NCBI GenBank assembly: GCA_963727445.1
Contig: CAVSGI010000010.1
Span: forward strand, 1,408,001 to 1,472,000
DNA: 64,000 nucleotides
Direction: 5' to 3'
Origin: an uncultured delta proteobacterium
GTDB taxonomy: Bacteria; Myxococcota_A; Polyangia; Polyangiales; B10-G4
Shown here: in pieces, positions 50,888 through 62,190 of the stretch
Layout: each line of letters opens with the position of its first letter
Numbering within the stretch: position 1 is the stretch's first letter
Position numbers and translations under genes: made by a program
Notes under the pieces: model-generated
What the model was told of the DNA's origin: nothing
Database searches by the model: none
What the model saw: the letters and a program-made list of their open reading frames with translations, nothing else

Positions 50888-51778
50888 ATGGACCTGCTGT
50901 CGACGACGGATCTCGCGCTGCTCTTCGCCGTGGGCCTGGGGTCGGGATGGCTCGGCGCGTGGATCGGCATCGGGGGCGGCATCGTGCTCGTGCCGACGCT
51001 CTCGCTCTTCTTCGACGTCGATGTGAAGGTGGCGATCGCGAGCTCGCTCGTGTCGGTGATCGTCACCTCGACCGCGACGGGAAGCGTCTACGTCCACCGA
51101 GGTCTGACGAACCCCCGACTCGCGATCGCGCTCGAGGTGGGGACGACGCTCGGCGCGGTCGCGGGGGGCCTCGCCGCCGTCGTCGTCGCCGGAGAGGCGC
51201 TCTACGGTGTGTTCTCGGTGGTGATGGGCGCCACCGCCGTCCTCATGTTCCGAGGGGCGAGCGGACACGTCACGCGAGAGATCGAGAAGGTCTCGTCACC
51301 GCCTCCGGCCGGAGCGCTCGATGCGACCAGGGACGAGAGAGGCAAGCTGGCCAGCGCGTACTTCGACCGGGCGCGCGGGGGGATCGTCCACTACAGTGTG
51401 GAGCGCTTCTCCGGGGGCTTCGGGCTCTCATTCGTCGCCGGTGCGATCTCCGGGCTCCTCGGCGTGGGCGGCGGGTTCCTCAAGGTACCGGCCATGAACC
51501 TCGTGATGAACGTCCCGATCAAGGTCGCGGGAGCCACGAGCAACTTCATGATCGGCGTGACCGCCGCTGCGAGCGTCTTCGTCTACTTCGGGCGCGGCTT
51601 CGTCCACCCGCTCCTCGTCGCGCCGGTGGCGCTCGGCGTGCTCGGCGGGGCGCTCCTCGGAACGCGAACCGCGGCGACGGCGCACCCGGCTCTGATCAAG
51701 CGCATCCTCGCGATCGTGCTCATCGCGGTCGCGGTCCAGATGGGCCTCCGCGCTTTCGGGGTGACCCTTGGCCACTGA
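50888..51778 (+). CDS. Sulfite exporter TauE/SafE (TSUP) family protein
   Basis: GIGGGIVLVP, GLLGVGGGFLKVP, ATSNFMIGVTAA. Confidence 0.93.
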   Translation: MDLLSTTDLALLFAVGLGSGWLGAWIGIGGGIVLVPTLSLFFDVDVKVAIASSLVSVIVTSTATGSVYVHRGLTNPRLAIALEVGTTLGAVAGGLAAVVVAGEALYGVFSVVMGATAVLMFRGASGHVTREIEKVSSPPPAGALDATRDERGKLASAYFDRARGGIVHYSVERFSGGFGLSFVAGAISGLLGVGGGFLKVPAMNLVMNVPIKVAGATSNFMIGVTAAASVFVYFGRGFVHPLLVAPVALGVLGGALLGTRTAATAHPALIKRILAIVLIAVAVQMGLRAFGVTLGH

Positions 51779-52106
51779 AACGCAGCGCTCCCGCACCGTC
51801 TTGGTCGCGGTCGTGCTGCGGGTGGGCCTGGTCGTGGGCGGCCTGCTCGTGGCTATCGGCCTCCTGCTCAGTCTCGGCGAAGGCGACCGCGTGGCCAACG
51901 CGGTCCGACCGTTCGACATCCTCCACACTGGCGTCTCCGCGGACACGCTGATGGCGCTCGGCATGCTCGTCTTCGGCGCGACCCCCGTCGCAGGCGTCGC
52001 CACGCTGATCGTCATCTGGGCCCGCGAGCGCGACTATCGCTTCGCCGCGCTGGCGCTGCTCGTCATGATCATCCTCGTCCTGTCGGCGCTCACGGGCGTG
52101 GGCTGA
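51768..52106 (+). CDS. DUF1634-like membrane protein (usual TauE partner)
   Basis: VLRVGLVV, LGMLVFGATPVAGV and ERDYRF; overlaps the TauE stop. Confidence 0.8.
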   Translation: MATETQRSRTVLVAVVLRVGLVVGGLLVAIGLLLSLGEGDRVANAVRPFDILHTGVSADTLMALGMLVFGATPVAGVATLIVIWARERDYRFAALALLVMIILVLSALTGVG

Positions 52107-53139
52107 GTGTGCTCCCCATGAGGGCGCCGGCGGCGAAGTAGGCGCCCGAGCTGGACGCAGGGAGGATGTCGTACGTCTCGTCGGCGTCGTAGGGGATCGC
52201 CTCGACCGCCGTGACCTCCTCTTCCCCGAGCTGATCACCAATGGCGACGTCGGCGAGCCGGCGACCGTCCGTGGTCGGGTGGCCCGGGCTCATCTCGAAG
52301 GTCCTGCCGCTCGCGAGGGTGACGCGGACGACGCGGTGGCCGGGCGGGGCGAGCCGCGACCCCGCCGCGAGCAGCGGAACAGCCACGATGGCGCCGTCAT
52401 GAATGGAGTAGACCAGGTCGCCCTGCCGCAGGTCCGCGATCGGCCGATCACCATCGGGCGTCGCGATCGGCGTATCGGGCGCGGCGCAGGCGCACGCGCC
52501 CTGGCACGTGCCCGGCCCGGAGACGCAGAAGCCATTGACGCAGGCCCCACAATCACAATCCGCGGGACCGCCGCACCCTCGGACCACACAGCCGTGGACA
52601 TCCGCGCCGGCCGAACCCGCGGCGCAGTCGTGGTTCTCCGGGCAGGTCCAGTCGCCGGGGCAAGCGAGCGGGACGCAATGTCCCATGTCGTCGCACGTCG
52701 CTTCCGTACAATCGCGGCCGCCCATTCGGCAGTCGGCCACGCACTGGGTCCCGACGCCGGTCACGCAGGCGCCGGAGGGAACGTACTCCTCGCACACCTC
52801 CCCATCGGCGCAGTCGGTGTCGTTCTCGCAGGTACGCGGCGCGATCATCTCCACCGGACAGCAACCAGTGCCCGGCGGGTAGCACGCGCCGAAGGACACG
52901 CACTGGTCGTCGCTCGTGCAGGTCGTGCTCATCGGCCCCGGGGCGGTGTAGTCGCTGCAGGTCATCACCGACGCGTCACCCGTCGACGAGTCCCCGGTCG
53001 ACGAATCACCCACCGACGAATCACCCACAGACGAATCGACGGTGATCGCGTCGCCACCGGCGTCCGACGGAGGTAGCCGGTCACCGCCTCCACAGGCAGC
53101 GACGGTGAAGATGACGGCGAGAGCGGCGCGATATCCCAT
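52090..53139 (-). CDS. Cys-rich lipoprotein with C-terminal Hint (intein/Hedgehog-like) domain
   Basis: Lipobox VAAC; CAAPDTPIATPDGDRPIADLRQGDLV, SPGHP, TYDI and YFAAG. Confidence 0.88.
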   Translation of the reverse strand: MGYRAALAVIFTVAACGGGDRLPPSDAGGDAITVDSSVGDSSVGDSSTGDSSTGDASVMTCSDYTAPGPMSTTCTSDDQCVSFGACYPPGTGCCPVEMIAPRTCENDTDCADGEVCEEYVPSGACVTGVGTQCVADCRMGGRDCTEATCDDMGHCVPLACPGDWTCPENHDCAAGSAGADVHGCVVRGCGGPADCDCGACVNGFCVSGPGTCQGACACAAPDTPIATPDGDRPIADLRQGDLVYSIHDGAIVAVPLLAAGSRLAPPGHRVVRVTLASGRTFEMSPGHPTTDGRRLADVAIGDQLGEEEVTAVEAIPYDADETYDILPASSSGAYFAAGALMGSTLSPRP

Positions 53140-53236
53140 GTCGGGATGATGCCATGCTCAGGGAGCCCAATTGCGTGCCGGGAGCTTCAATGCGGGCTTC
53201 GTGATGTCCGATGCACCGGTTTGCTAGGATAGAGCG

Positions 53237-53731
53237 ATGCTCAGCACCTCGCTTCGTTTCCTCCTCGCCCTCCTTCTTTCGCTGACCTGCGGCGTCGCGC
53301 TCGGCTGTAGCGATGACTCCACAGCGTCCGACACCGGAACCGCCGACGGGGGTGGAGACGGGGGCGGAGGGGATGGCAGCGCCGCGGATGGCTCGGCCGG
53401 GGATGCAGCCGCTGACTCGAGCAGCGCGGATGGAGCCGCGGACGGCAGCGCCAGCGACGCGGCCGCCGATGGCAGCACCGGCGATGCGAGCGCGGACGGC
53501 AGCGCCGGCGACGCGAGCGCGGACGGAAGCGCCGGCGACGCGGCGACCGGCCCGTGCTCCGGCATGGCGGCGGGAACGGTCTGCCGCCCTGCGGCAGGGC
53601 CCTGTGACATCGAGGAGGTCTGCGCGGGCGACTCGCCGTTTTGTCCGGCGGATGCCCTGGCGGCGTCCGGAACCTCCTGCGGCGAAGGCAACGTCTGCAA
53701 CGGCACCACCGCCGCCTGCCCGGGCGCCTGA
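53237..53731 (+). CDS. Small lipoprotein with disintegrin-like Cys module
   Basis: Lipobox ALGC; DGSAGDA repeats; CRPAAGPCDIEEVCAGDSPFCPAD. Confidence 0.8.
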   Translation: MLSTSLRFLLALLLSLTCGVALGCSDDSTASDTGTADGGGDGGGGDGSAADGSAGDAAADSSSADGAADGSASDAAADGSTGDASADGSAGDASADGSAGDAATGPCSGMAAGTVCRPAAGPCDIEEVCAGDSPFCPADALAASGTSCGEGNVCNGTTAACPGA

Positions 53732-53765
53732 ACCGACGCCGCTCTCCTCGTCGAAGTCTTCTCGT

Positions 53766-55831
53766 TCACCCGCCGTCGCCGAGGAGCGCGCGGATCTCGG
53801 CGTGGATGTCGGTGATGGGGTTGTCGATGGACAGCGGCATGTCGCGCGGGTGGAAGGGTGGGATCGCGGGCGGCTCGAAGCGCGACTCCTGAAAGCGGTT
53901 TTCGAGCATGCCGTGTCCACCGTCGTAGAAGGTCGCGGTCGCGCCCCCGCTGACCAGCTCGCCGCTGCGCGCGAGGGTAAGCGGGCGATTCGTGGGTAGA
54001 CCCGCGGCGGCGACCATCGCCTGACTGGCGGAGGGCGCCGCGACCTCGTCGAAGGCGCCGAGCTGGAAGAGGAGAGTCGGCGCAGCGCCGTCCGCGACGC
54101 GATCGCGAAGGAGGTGGGGCGCGAGGGCGAGGGGATCGACGCTCGCGAGCGCGGCGCGGTAGAGGTCGAGGATGGGATCGAAGTAGAGACCGCGCTCGGG
54201 CTCGGTGAAGGGGCCGCGGAAGCCGAGGAGGGGAAGGAAGAGCGTCTCGGTGAGCGGGCGGAACTCGGCGGACTGGACGAGGTTGTCGACGACGTTGCCC
54301 GGTGGGACGTTGAGCACCGCGCCCGCGATGCCGTCTTCGATGGAGACGACGAAGGAGGAGACCTCCGCGCCGAGGGAGTTGCCGACGACGTAGATGCGAA
54401 TCGGGATCGAAGGCGAGGGACGCGAGCTCGGGGACGCCGGCCTTCAGCGCGTCGAGATCGCCTTCGCGCAGGAAGCGCAGCGCGCTCATGGCGTCGGCGG
54501 CGAACTGGGTGAGGGAGCCGAGGGCGTAGCGGGGCGAGAGCTCGGTGCCGCTCTCGACGCCCGAAACGCCGAAGACGCGGCCCGACACGTCCAGCGGCTG
54601 GGTCTCGGCGAAGCCGTCGGGCCCCGCTACGTCGCCGCGCAGGGCGTGGCGCTCGTCGACGGCGGAGGCGGCGCGCTCACCGTGCTGGTAGTAGTCGATG
54701 GAGAGGACGGCGACGCCTTCGGGCCCGGCGGTGTCCGCGAGCACGAAGCCGACGACGCGGCTCGAATTGAAGCCGTGGAGCGACAGGACGACGGGCAGGC
54801 GACCGAGCGTCGCGCCCTCGGGGACGATCAGGACGAAGGGCACCTGCTCGCGCGGGCCGGCCTCGAGGTTCCCCGAGGCGTCGCGCAAGAGAGTGCCGAC
54901 GTCGGTGCCGGCGCCGCTCAAGAGGCGCGGCGCGTCGAAGCTGCCGGTGACGACGAGGGCGGTGGAAGCATGCGGGATGGAACGCGTGCCCTCGGTCGCA
55001 GGGTCGGGGGGCACGTCGTTACCCGGACGCATCTCGGAGGGAACGCCGAGGAGCGTGTCGAGCTCGTCACCGCGGAAGACCGTGTCGAGGGTAGCGGCGG
55101 GAGGAATCGCCGTCGCGGATCAGCGTGCGCACCTGGCGGAGCTCGGCGGTGTCGTCGCCGGTGGTGAAGGGGACGAGCGCGGCGAGTGAGGCGCGCGGCA
55201 CGCCGAGGGCGAGGGCCGCGTCGATGGCGGGGGTGATCACGGAGCGCGCCGCCTCGATCTCGGGGCCAGCGGCGGTGCCGTCTCGTAGGGCGAGGAAGTC
55301 GGGCGCCGCAGAGATCGGCAGGCCATCGGCACCGTGAAGGGAAGTGGTGAGCGCGACCGCGTAGGCGTGATCGCGTGCGAGAACGATCCCGGGCGCCGGC
55401 CGCACCGCGAGCAGTCCCTGCGCATCGAAGGCACGGACCCGCACAGGCAGGAGCGCGCCTGCGTCGACATCGACGAGGAGCATCGGATCGTCCGCCGAGG
55501 GATCGGCGTCGATCCCGTCGCCGGCGGGGAGAGAGGCGGCATCGAGGGAGCCGTCGATCGCGAAGTACGCGCCCGACGTGGTCCCGAAGCCGGGCCTGAG
55601 GGCGAGGATCTCCCGGAGCGCATCGTAGGCAGGCCCCGCGGGATCGCCGGGGAGCGCGCCCAGACGAAGCACCCCGGCTTCGTCGCGATGGAGGTCGCTC
55701 GGATAGGGGACGGCCACCATGTCCTCGCGGATCCGGGAGAGGTCGTAGACGGCGACCGTCGCGCTCGATGTGGGGTCCCCTCCGCAAGCCGGGAGGAGAA
55801 GGAAGCAGGTCAGGAGCAGTCGCCCGATCAC
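53766..55831 (-). CDS. Lipoprotein alpha/beta-hydrolase (lipase-like), two apparent +1 frameshifts (55104-55108, 54398-54402)
   Basis: Lipobox LPAC; PYPSD, GFGTTS, VVLSLHGF; corrected DRIYVVGNSLG nucleophile elbow; DEV and GHG catalytic candidates. Confidence 0.8.
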
Positions 55832-55944
55832 GCCCAGAGGTTAGCCCGAGGCAGACCCGATGGCCGACCGAGACCGCTCTCAATTTCTCCCGCGCCCTCG
55901 AATTCGGATAAGATGCGGAGGTCGAGCGCGACAGGAGGCTTGAA

Positions 55945-56643
55945 ATGACTTCGATTCGGCTGGGGCTCGTCCCCTTCCTCACCTTGATCCTGGCTCTCGC
56001 CGGCTGCGGCGATGACGGCGGCGGCGGCGATGGCGGCGGTGACACCGGCACCGTGGACAGCGGCGGCGACGGCGGCGGCGGTGACGGCGGCGGCGGCGAT
56101 GGCGGCGGCGGCGACGGCGGCGGCGGTGACGGCAGCATGGGCGACGGCGGCGGCGGCGATGGCGGCGGCGGTGACGGCGGAAGCGGCGCGACCTGCGTCT
56201 CCCACCTCGACCCCGCCTGCAACGACACCGAGTACTGCGACTTCCCGGACAACCTCTGCGGGATGGGCGAGATGGGCGTGTGCACGCCGCGTCCCACCGA
56301 CTGCGACTCGACCGTCTTCGAGAGCGCCTGCGGCTGCAACATGCTCGTCCGCCAGAACTCCTGCGACGTGATGGCGAACGGTTTCGATCTCGACAACAAC
56401 GGAAGCTGCACGCCGGCCGCCGAGACCTACATCTGCGGAAGCCGCGTCTGCCGCGACGGCATGGAGTACTGCGTGCACAACACCTCCGACGTCGCCGGAA
56501 CCCCCGACACCTACGACTGCGTCGCGCTGCCCGCGAGCTGCATGGGCATGACGACCTGTGACTGCTTCGACACCTCGGTCGCGTGCTCGGACATGTGCGC
56601 CTTCGCGGACGGCAACTTCACGCTGACCTGTCCCGGCGGCTGA
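55945..56643 (+). CDS. Cys-rich lipoprotein with Gly-Asp linker and Kazal-like module
   Basis: GGAGG RBS; lipobox LAGC; (GGGGD)n; C..ACGC...NSC pattern. Confidence 0.85.
   Translation: MTSIRLGLVPFLTLILALAGCGDDGGGGDGGGDTGTVDSGGDGGGGDGGGGDGGGGDGGGGDGSMGDGGGGDGGGGDGGSGATCVSHLDPACNDTEYCDFPDNLCGMGEMGVCTPRPTDCDSTVFESACGCNMLVRQNSCDVMANGFDLDNNGSCTPAAETYICGSRVCRDGMEYCVHNTSDVAGTPDTYDCVALPASCMGMTTCDCFDTSVACSDMCAFADGNFTLTCPGG
56012..56180 (+). repeat. Intragenic 15-bp tandem repeat (GGCGGCGGCGGYGAY) encoding DGGGG
   Basis: Directly visible in the sequence. Confidence 0.85.
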
Positions 56644-56666
56644 ACGCAGCCCGCATCTCGCGAGAG

Positions 56667-56700
56667 AATCGCCGGCGCCCCTCGGGTCGCCGGCGATTTT
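56667..56700. terminator. Hairpin between convergent genes, likely intrinsic (possibly bidirectional) terminator
   Basis: AATCGCCGGCG...CGCCGGCGATT 11-bp stem followed by Ts. Confidence 0.7.
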
Positions 56701-56703
56701 CGT

Positions 56704-57207
56704 TCAGAGCTTCTCGAGCCTGAGGCGCGTGATCTTCGCCTGCTCGCCCGCGGCGATGCGAAGCTCGGCCGCTTCGTCGTTGTCGATGCGCGACTCGACG
56801 ATGGCGAGCATCTCTTCGGCCGACTTGCCGCTGGCGCAGACGATGAAGATGTAGCCGAAGCGCTCCTCGTAGCGGAGGTTCATGTCGCGCAGGCGGCGAA
56901 GGACCTCCTCCGAGGCGCCGCTCACGCCGGCCTGCTCGCCGGCCGAGAGCTCCGCGGTCCGGGCGAACTTCTCGCGGAGCTTCTCCACGTCGGCGCCGAT
57001 GCGCGGGTGATGCGAGAAGGCCTCCAGGATGTCGGCCCGCTCCATCGTCGCCCACACCGCGTCCGCCGCCGCGAAGAGCGCCGCGTCCGTGCCGAAGGGG
57101 CGCCGCGCGACCATCCCCTCGGCCCACCGGCGCGCGCCGCAGCAGCGCCCGAGGGCGCCCAGCGCCTCGGCCTCGCTCATCGCGTCGAGCGCCGCGGCGG
57201 CGCTCAA
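56704..57207 (-). CDS. uraD: OHCU decarboxylase
   Basis: RCCG..W, EAFSHHPRIG, SAGEQAG, YEERFGYIFIVCASGKS, EQAKITRLRL. Confidence 0.95.
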   Translation of the reverse strand: MSAAAALDAMSEAEALGALGRCCGARRWAEGMVARRPFGTDAALFAAADAVWATMERADILEAFSHHPRIGADVEKLREKFARTAELSAGEQAGVSGASEEVLRRLRDMNLRYEERFGYIFIVCASGKSAEEMLAIVESRIDNDEAAELRIAAGEQAKITRLRLEKL

Positions 57208-58250
57208 CCCTGGGCCTCGTCCCGCAAGCCCCAGACGCGCAGGCGGCTCACGCCGCCGTCCGGGAAGATGCGCAGCATCACGTGGGTGAAGGGTCCGCGC
57301 GTCTCGAGCTCGTCGCGGTAGAAGTGCCGATTGTCCGCCTGGAGCTTCTGATTCGGCAGGATCAGCGACCAGTCGCGGCTGGCGAGGAGATCCGTGATGC
57401 GCGATCCGTCCGCGTCGATGCCGAAGAGCTCCGCGCTGTCGGGGAAGTTGCCCTTGAAGTGGTTGGTGTCGATCTCGACGAGACCCACCGTCCCGCGAAC
57501 GGCGAGACGAATGAGGATCCAGTCGTTGCCGGGACCGCGCCGCCGTCGCGTCTCCCAGCCGCCGCCCATGTTCGCCGCGCGACCCGGCGCGAGGAGGTTG
57601 TTCATCGGGCCGAAGAACATGTCGCTGCACGCGAGGGCGATGCCGCCGTTGCCCACCGCGGCGAGATCGACCTCGCCGTCCTTCAGGCGCGGCTTCGTCT
57701 CTTCGTCGACGTGAAGGCGCTCCCAGTCGCAGATGACGTCGCCGTAGACGCGAAGCCGCGCGACGCCGCCGTCGGGGAAGATGTTGAGGCGGACGTGGGT
57801 GTAGACGCCGTCGTCGCGCACCGCGAAGATGTTCTGCCGCCCGGCGCGGAGCGCCACCTGCGCGCGGATCTCCTTCCACTCGGCCTTCTCGAGCTCCGCG
57901 AGGCTGGCCCCCGGATGGGCGTTGGTCGCCTCCACCGACGCGTACGGCGCGTGGTTGCCGAGGAAATGATTGGTGTCGATGTCGAGCCCGTGGATCACAC
58001 CACGCGCGCCCAGCTCGACGACCGCCCAGTCGTGTCCGTCGCCGCGCTTGCGGCGGCTCTCCCAACCGTCCATCCACTTGCCGCGCTCGGTGTACTCGTC
58101 GGGGAGAAACACGCCCCGTCCGGGCTTCACCAGGTTCTCGACGCCCGCAAAGAAGTCGTCGCTGGTCCCGATCGCGCGGCCGCCCAGGGCCTCGGAGGCG
58201 AGATCGACGAGATGGTTGAAGGCGTCGGCTTCGAAGTCCTGCTGGCTCAT
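57204..58250 (-). CDS. alc: Allantoicase
   Basis: SDDFFA, KWMDGWESRRKR, DTNHFLGN, NIFPDGGVARLR, with an internal duplication (GWETRRRR, PDGGVSRLR). Confidence 0.95.
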   Translation of the reverse strand: MSQQDFEADAFNHLVDLASEALGGRAIGTSDDFFAGVENLVKPGRGVFLPDEYTERGKWMDGWESRRKRGDGHDWAVVELGARGVIHGLDIDTNHFLGNHAPYASVEATNAHPGASLAELEKAEWKEIRAQVALRAGRQNIFAVRDDGVYTHVRLNIFPDGGVARLRVYGDVICDWERLHVDEETKPRLKDGEVDLAAVGNGGIALACSDMFFGPMNNLLAPGRAANMGGGWETRRRRGPGNDWILIRLAVRGTVGLVEIDTNHFKGNFPDSAELFGIDADGSRITDLLASRDWSLILPNQKLQADNRHFYRDELETRGPFTHVMLRIFPDGGVSRLRVWGLRDEAQG

Positions 58251-59597
58251 GCGCTTCCTTTCGCCCCCCCGTCCCCACGGTGAAGAAGTGGACGGCCATG
58301 CGAGGTTTGCACCTCGCCGCCGTCGAAGATCTGCTCCCCGCGCAGCCACGTCGCGCGCACCGCGCCACGCGTCGGCCGGCCCAGGTACGGGGAGATCTTG
58401 TGCTTGAAGCGAAGCGCCTCGGGCCGCACCTCGCCCTGCGCGTCGGGATCGAAGGCCAGGAGGTCCGCGTGATGCCCCTTCACGATCGCGCCCTTGCGAT
58501 CGGCGACGCCGGCGAAGCGCGCCGGGGCGCTGCTCATCCACTGTGCGAGGCGCGGCACGTCGACGCCGCGACTCTCGCCTTCGGTCCAAACACTCGTGAG
58601 CCCCAGCGAGAGCGAGGCGATGCCGCCCCAGGCTCCGCCGAAGTCTCCGACCTCGGGGAGCTTCAGCCCGGGCGTGCACGGCGAGTGATCGCTGATCACG
58701 AAGTCGATGACGCCTTCGAGGAGCGCGTCCCAAAGCGCGTCGCGGTTCGCGGCGTCGCGGATCGGCGGCGCGCACTTGAACTCGGTCGCGCCCTTCGGGA
58801 TCTCTTCGGCCGTGAGGCAGAGATAGTGGGGGCAGGTCTCGACGGTGATCGGCAGGCCCTCGGCTTTGGCGTCGCGGAGGATCGGCACGGCGCTCGCGCT
58901 CGAGAGGTGGACGATGTGCACCGGACAGCCGGTCTCGCGGCAGAGCTTCGACCAGGAGCGTGATCGCCGCGTCCTCCCAGGCGCGCGGCCGGGAAGCGAG
59001 CCACGCGTCGTGGGTGGTGGCGCCGGCGGGACAGGGCTCGCCGCCGAGATCGAGCTCTGCGTGCGCGAGGAGCGGAATGCCCGCATCGCGCAGGCGCGGC
59101 ATCGCCTCGCGCAGGTCGGCTTCGGTGGCGTTGGGGAAGTCGTCGATGCCGGAGTGAACGAGGAAGGCCTTCGCGCCGAGCACGCCCGCCTCCGCGAGGC
59201 GCGGCAGCTCGTCCGCGTTGCCCGGCACCACCCCTCCCCAGAACCCGGTGTCGACGTGGAGCGAGTCGTCGGTGGCGTCGAGCTTGATCTTCAGCGCATC
59301 GAGGGTGGTGGTCACCGGCGTGCAGTTGAGCGGCATGTCGACGATGGTGGTGATCCCGCCCGATGCCGCGGCGCGCGTCGCCGTATCGAATCCCTCCCAC
59401 TCGGTCCGCCCCGGCTCGTTGACGTGCACGTGGCAATCGACGAGCCCCGGCAGGATCCACGCGTCGCCCACGTCCTCCACCACCGCCCCTTCGGGCGCCA
59501 CGGTCATCACGCCCGCGATCCGCTCGCCGACGATCAGCACGCTCCCATCGACGACGCCGTCGGGTGTGACGATCTTCCGCGAGCGAATGGCTTTCAT
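58247..59597 (-). CDS. allB: Allantoinase (amidohydrolase), apparent +1 frameshift at ~58948
   Basis: VDCHVHVNEPGRTEWEGF, DMPLN, HAE, VHIVHLSS, ETCPHYL, FKCAPPIR, SDHSP. Confidence 0.95.
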
Positions 59598-60832
59598 TCC
59601 GGGGCTGCCTCCGTCGCCGTGTCCGTCGCCGTCGCCGTCTGCGTCTCCGTTGCCGGCAATGCCGTATCCGCCCCCTGGAAATACCAGGCCCCGATCACGT
59701 CCCGCTCCTCTGGCGTGATGTTCGTCATGTTGCCGAGGGGCATGGTCTCGGCGACGACCGCGACGCTGTTGATCCGCGGCGCGAGCGCGCCGATCTGCGC
59801 GGGCGTGTCGAACATTATTCCCTGCGGGGCGACCTGGAAGGCTTCGTGGGTCGGGGTCGCGCTGTGACAGGGCAGGCAGCGCTGCTCCATGATCGCGCGG
59901 ACCTCGACGAACTCCACCGGCCGAAAGTCTGCGTAGCTCTTCGGCGTGGTCACCAGCGCCAGCGCCACCATGCCGAGCGCGCCGACCGGCAGGATCCAGA
60001 CGTTCTTCTGGCCCATGCCGCGCAGGTTGAACCAGTGGCGCACCAGCGCGCCGACTACGGCGATGCCGGTGAGGATCGCCCAGTTCCACTCGTGCCCGTA
60101 GGTGAAGGGGTAGTGGTTGCTCACCATGATGAAGAGCACGGGGAGCGTGAAGTAGTTGTTGTGCCGCGAGCGGATGGCGCCGTCGATGCCCGCTTCGGCG
60201 TCCGGCTCCTCGCCCCGGGTCATGGCGTCCACCATCACGCGCTGCTTCGGGATGATCACGAAGAAGACGTTCGCCGCCATGATCGTGCCGATCAGCGCGC
60301 CCACGTGGATGTAGGCCGCGCGGCTCCCGAAGAGGTGGGTCAGGCCGAAGGCGACGGCGACGAAGAAGACGAAGATGAGGATCGAGAGCGGGACAGGCTT
60401 ACGACCGAGGGGGCTCTTGCAGAGCAGGTGATAGACGAGCCAGCCGCCCGCGAGGGTGCCGAGGCCGATGGCGATGGCGACCCAAGGGCGGAGGATTTCC
60501 ACCCGCTCGTCGATCAGGAAGGTCGTCGGGTCGAGGTAGTAGACGACCGCGAGGAGCGTGAAGCCGCTCAGCCAGGTCGTGTACGCCTCCCACTTGAACC
60601 AGTGCAGGGTCTTGGGGAGCGTCTCGGGGGCGACCGCGTACTTCACGACGCGGTAGAAGTGCCCGCCATGCACCGACCACAGCTCGCCGCCCACGCCCTC
60701 TTCGGCCTTCTCCGGCGGGCGAACGTTGTTGTTCAGCCAGTTGAAGTAGAAAGACGTGCCGATCCATGCGGCTCCGGCGACGATGTGGAGCCAGCGAAGC
60801 GAGAGCGAAAGCCAATCGGTCGCGTGCTCCAC
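59594..60832 (-). CDS. puuD: Urate hydroxylase PuuD (membrane urate oxidase with cytochrome c domain)
   Basis: RWLHIVAGAAWIGTSFYF, WSVHGGHFY, LHWFKWEAYTTWLSG, RSRHNNYFTLPV, SNHYP; heme motif CLPCH, MPLGN. Confidence 0.95.
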   Translation of the reverse strand: MEHATDWLSLSLRWLHIVAGAAWIGTSFYFNWLNNNVRPPEKAEEGVGGELWSVHGGHFYRVVKYAVAPETLPKTLHWFKWEAYTTWLSGFTLLAVVYYLDPTTFLIDERVEILRPWVAIAIGLGTLAGGWLVYHLLCKSPLGRKPVPLSILIFVFFVAVAFGLTHLFGSRAAYIHVGALIGTIMAANVFFVIIPKQRVMVDAMTRGEEPDAEAGIDGAIRSRHNNYFTLPVLFIMVSNHYPFTYGHEWNWAILTGIAVVGALVRHWFNLRGMGQKNVWILPVGALGMVALALVTTPKSYADFRPVEFVEVRAIMEQRCLPCHSATPTHEAFQVAPQGIMFDTPAQIGALAPRINSVAVVAETMPLGNMTNITPEERDVIGAWYFQGADTALPATETQTATATDTATEAAPE

Positions 60833-60900
60833 GGCGGCCGGGTTGTTCCATGATTTCGCGGGTTCGGCAACTCAGCGACCTTCGGGGGTATCATCGAGAG

Positions 60901-62186
<1,286 letters not shown>

Positions 62187-62190
<4 letters not shown>

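Noticed and set aside
2351..59597. Widespread pseudogenisation or programmed frameshifting
   Set aside because: All shifts are single +1 events, five of seven at the same motif. There are no in-frame stops, no decay and no slippery heptamers, so sequencing error is more parsimonious.
57204..60089. 961-aa allantoinase-allantoicase fusion (and the 554-aa uraD ORF)
   Set aside because: Artefact of the indel at ~58948 and of open GC-rich frames. Separate starts with 4-bp overlaps are evident.
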